The notes beneath the pieces are model-generated. The model worked only from the letters and a program-made list of their open reading frames with translations. It was not told where the DNA came from and ran no database searches. From contig CAWGRW010000009.1 of the NCBI GenBank assembly GCA_963825135.1, forward strand, positions 864,001 to 928,000: a DNA stretch of 64,000 nucleotides, read 5' to 3'. A program made the translations under genes and the position numbers. Shown one piece after another: positions 62,985-64,000 of the stretch (the stretch's first letter is position 1; each line of letters opens with the position of its first letter). The DNA is from an uncultured bacterium (GTDB lineage: Bacteria; Desulfobacterota_D; UBA1144; Nemesobacterales; UBA2774).

Positions 62985-64000
62985 TTACCTGAAAACCCTT
63001 TCGAATATGCGGCCGACATACTTTAGATCGGCCGTTACGTCGAAGCATTCAGTAATTTCCTCTTTAGTTAATAACCCGGTTACTTCTTTATCGCTTAGCA
63101 AGAGCTCCCGGAAATCGCATTTTTCTTTCCAGGTTTTCATGGCGCTCTGCTGGACGAGCTTATAGGCTTTCTCTCTCTGCATTCCCTTCTCAACAAGCCT
63201 GAGCAAGACCTTTTGTGAGAAAATCAGGCCGTGAGTGAGCCATATATTTTTTTCCATGTTCTCCGGATAGACCTGAAGGCCGGCCAGGAGATGAGAGAGT
63301 CTCGCGAGCATGAAGTCGATCAGTATTGTAGCGTCGGGACCTATCACCCGCTCGACCGAGGAATGGCTTATATCGCGTTCGTGCCAGAGCGGGATATTCT
63401 CGAGCGCCGGTATGGAATACGAGCGTACGAGTCTGGCCAACCCGCACAGATTTTCCGAAAGTACGGGGTTTCTTTTGTGAGGCATCGCCGACGAGCCCTT
63501 CTGACCCTCGGTAAAGGGTTCTTCGAGTTCGAGCACCTCCGTCCTCTGAAAGTGTCTTATTTCCGTGGCTATTTTTTCGATTGTCGACGCGATAATAGCA
63601 AGGGTGAGGAAATATTCGGCGTGTATATCCCGCTGTATGATCTGGGTCGATATAGGGGCAGGCTTTAGCCCGAGCCTCCTGCAGGCGTCTTCTTCTATCT
63701 CGGGCGGGACGTTCGCGAATGTCCCCACTGCCCCTGAGATCTTGCCGACGCTCGCGGCATCCCTTGCCCTCACCATGCGATCGAGATTCCTTTTCATTTC
63801 GTCGTACCAGAGCGCGAATACGAGACCCAGGGTTTTCGGCTCCGCGTGAATACCGTGAGTCCTGCCGATCATAGGAGTATTCTTATATTTATATGCCTGT
63901 TTTCTAAGCACTTTAATTACGTCTTTGATATCATTGATAATCAGAGCGGAGGCGTCCCTCAATTGGAGCGCGAATGCGGTATCCAGGACGTCGGACGAGG
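62985..64000 (-). CDS. purB: Adenylosuccinate lyase; 5' end lies outside the window
   Basis: SSDVLDT, GRTHGIHAEP, GSSAMPHKRNP, HERDISHSS. Confidence 0.98.
   Translation of the reverse strand, partial: SSDVLDTAFALQLRDASALIINDIKDVIKVLRKQAYKYKNTPMIGRTHGIHAEPKTLGLVFALWYDEMKRNLDRMVRARDAASVGKISGAVGTFANVPPEIEEDACRRLGLKPAPISTQIIQRDIHAEYFLTLAIIASTIEKIATEIRHFQRTEVLELEEPFTEGQKGSSAMPHKRNPVLSENLCGLARLVRSYSIPALENIPLWHERDISHSSVERVIGPDATILIDFMLARLSHLLAGLQVYPENMEKNIWLTHGLIFSQKVLLRLVEKGMQREKAYKLVQQSAMKTWKEKCDFRELLLSDKEVTGLLTKEEITECFDVTADLKYVGRIFERVFR

Overview
64 kb of bacterial chromosome at moderate GC, with heavy ATA/AGG codon use. The gene content looks deltaproteobacterial-like (Desulfobacterota/Dadabacteria is a guess, not verified). 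Most of the window is housekeeping and redox genes: pyk, msrB, coaBC, HU, rlmD, queA, argG/C/H, gap-pgk-fbaB, iscS, oxyR-katG, pheT-ihfA-tilS, clcA, gshA, purB. I found no tRNA, rRNA, CRISPR, transposase or phage genes. The most notable region is 13.2-20.0 kb, an apparent phosphate-starvation membrane-remodelling island (GT2, PAP2, GT4, degenerate PhoU, MJ1255-type GT, olsB-olsA). Five arrays of TT(A/C)A(C/T) half-sites at exact 11-bp period (Pho-box-like) precede its transcription units. One array precedes no ORF, only a roughly 85-nt two-hairpin, terminator-ended candidate sRNA. Other points of interest are a MarR / B12-4Fe-4S (QueG/RdhA-like)-SCP2 / MFS module with twin palindromic operators, a CBM48-esterase plus two paralogous hydrolases, a sigma54-driven orphan gene, a Get3-like ATPase facing a tiny membrane ORF, and a DsbA-like protein with three DsbC-N-like repeats. 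About nine single-base indels split otherwise intact genes and are probably assembly errors. All calls come from motif recognition; no database searches were run.
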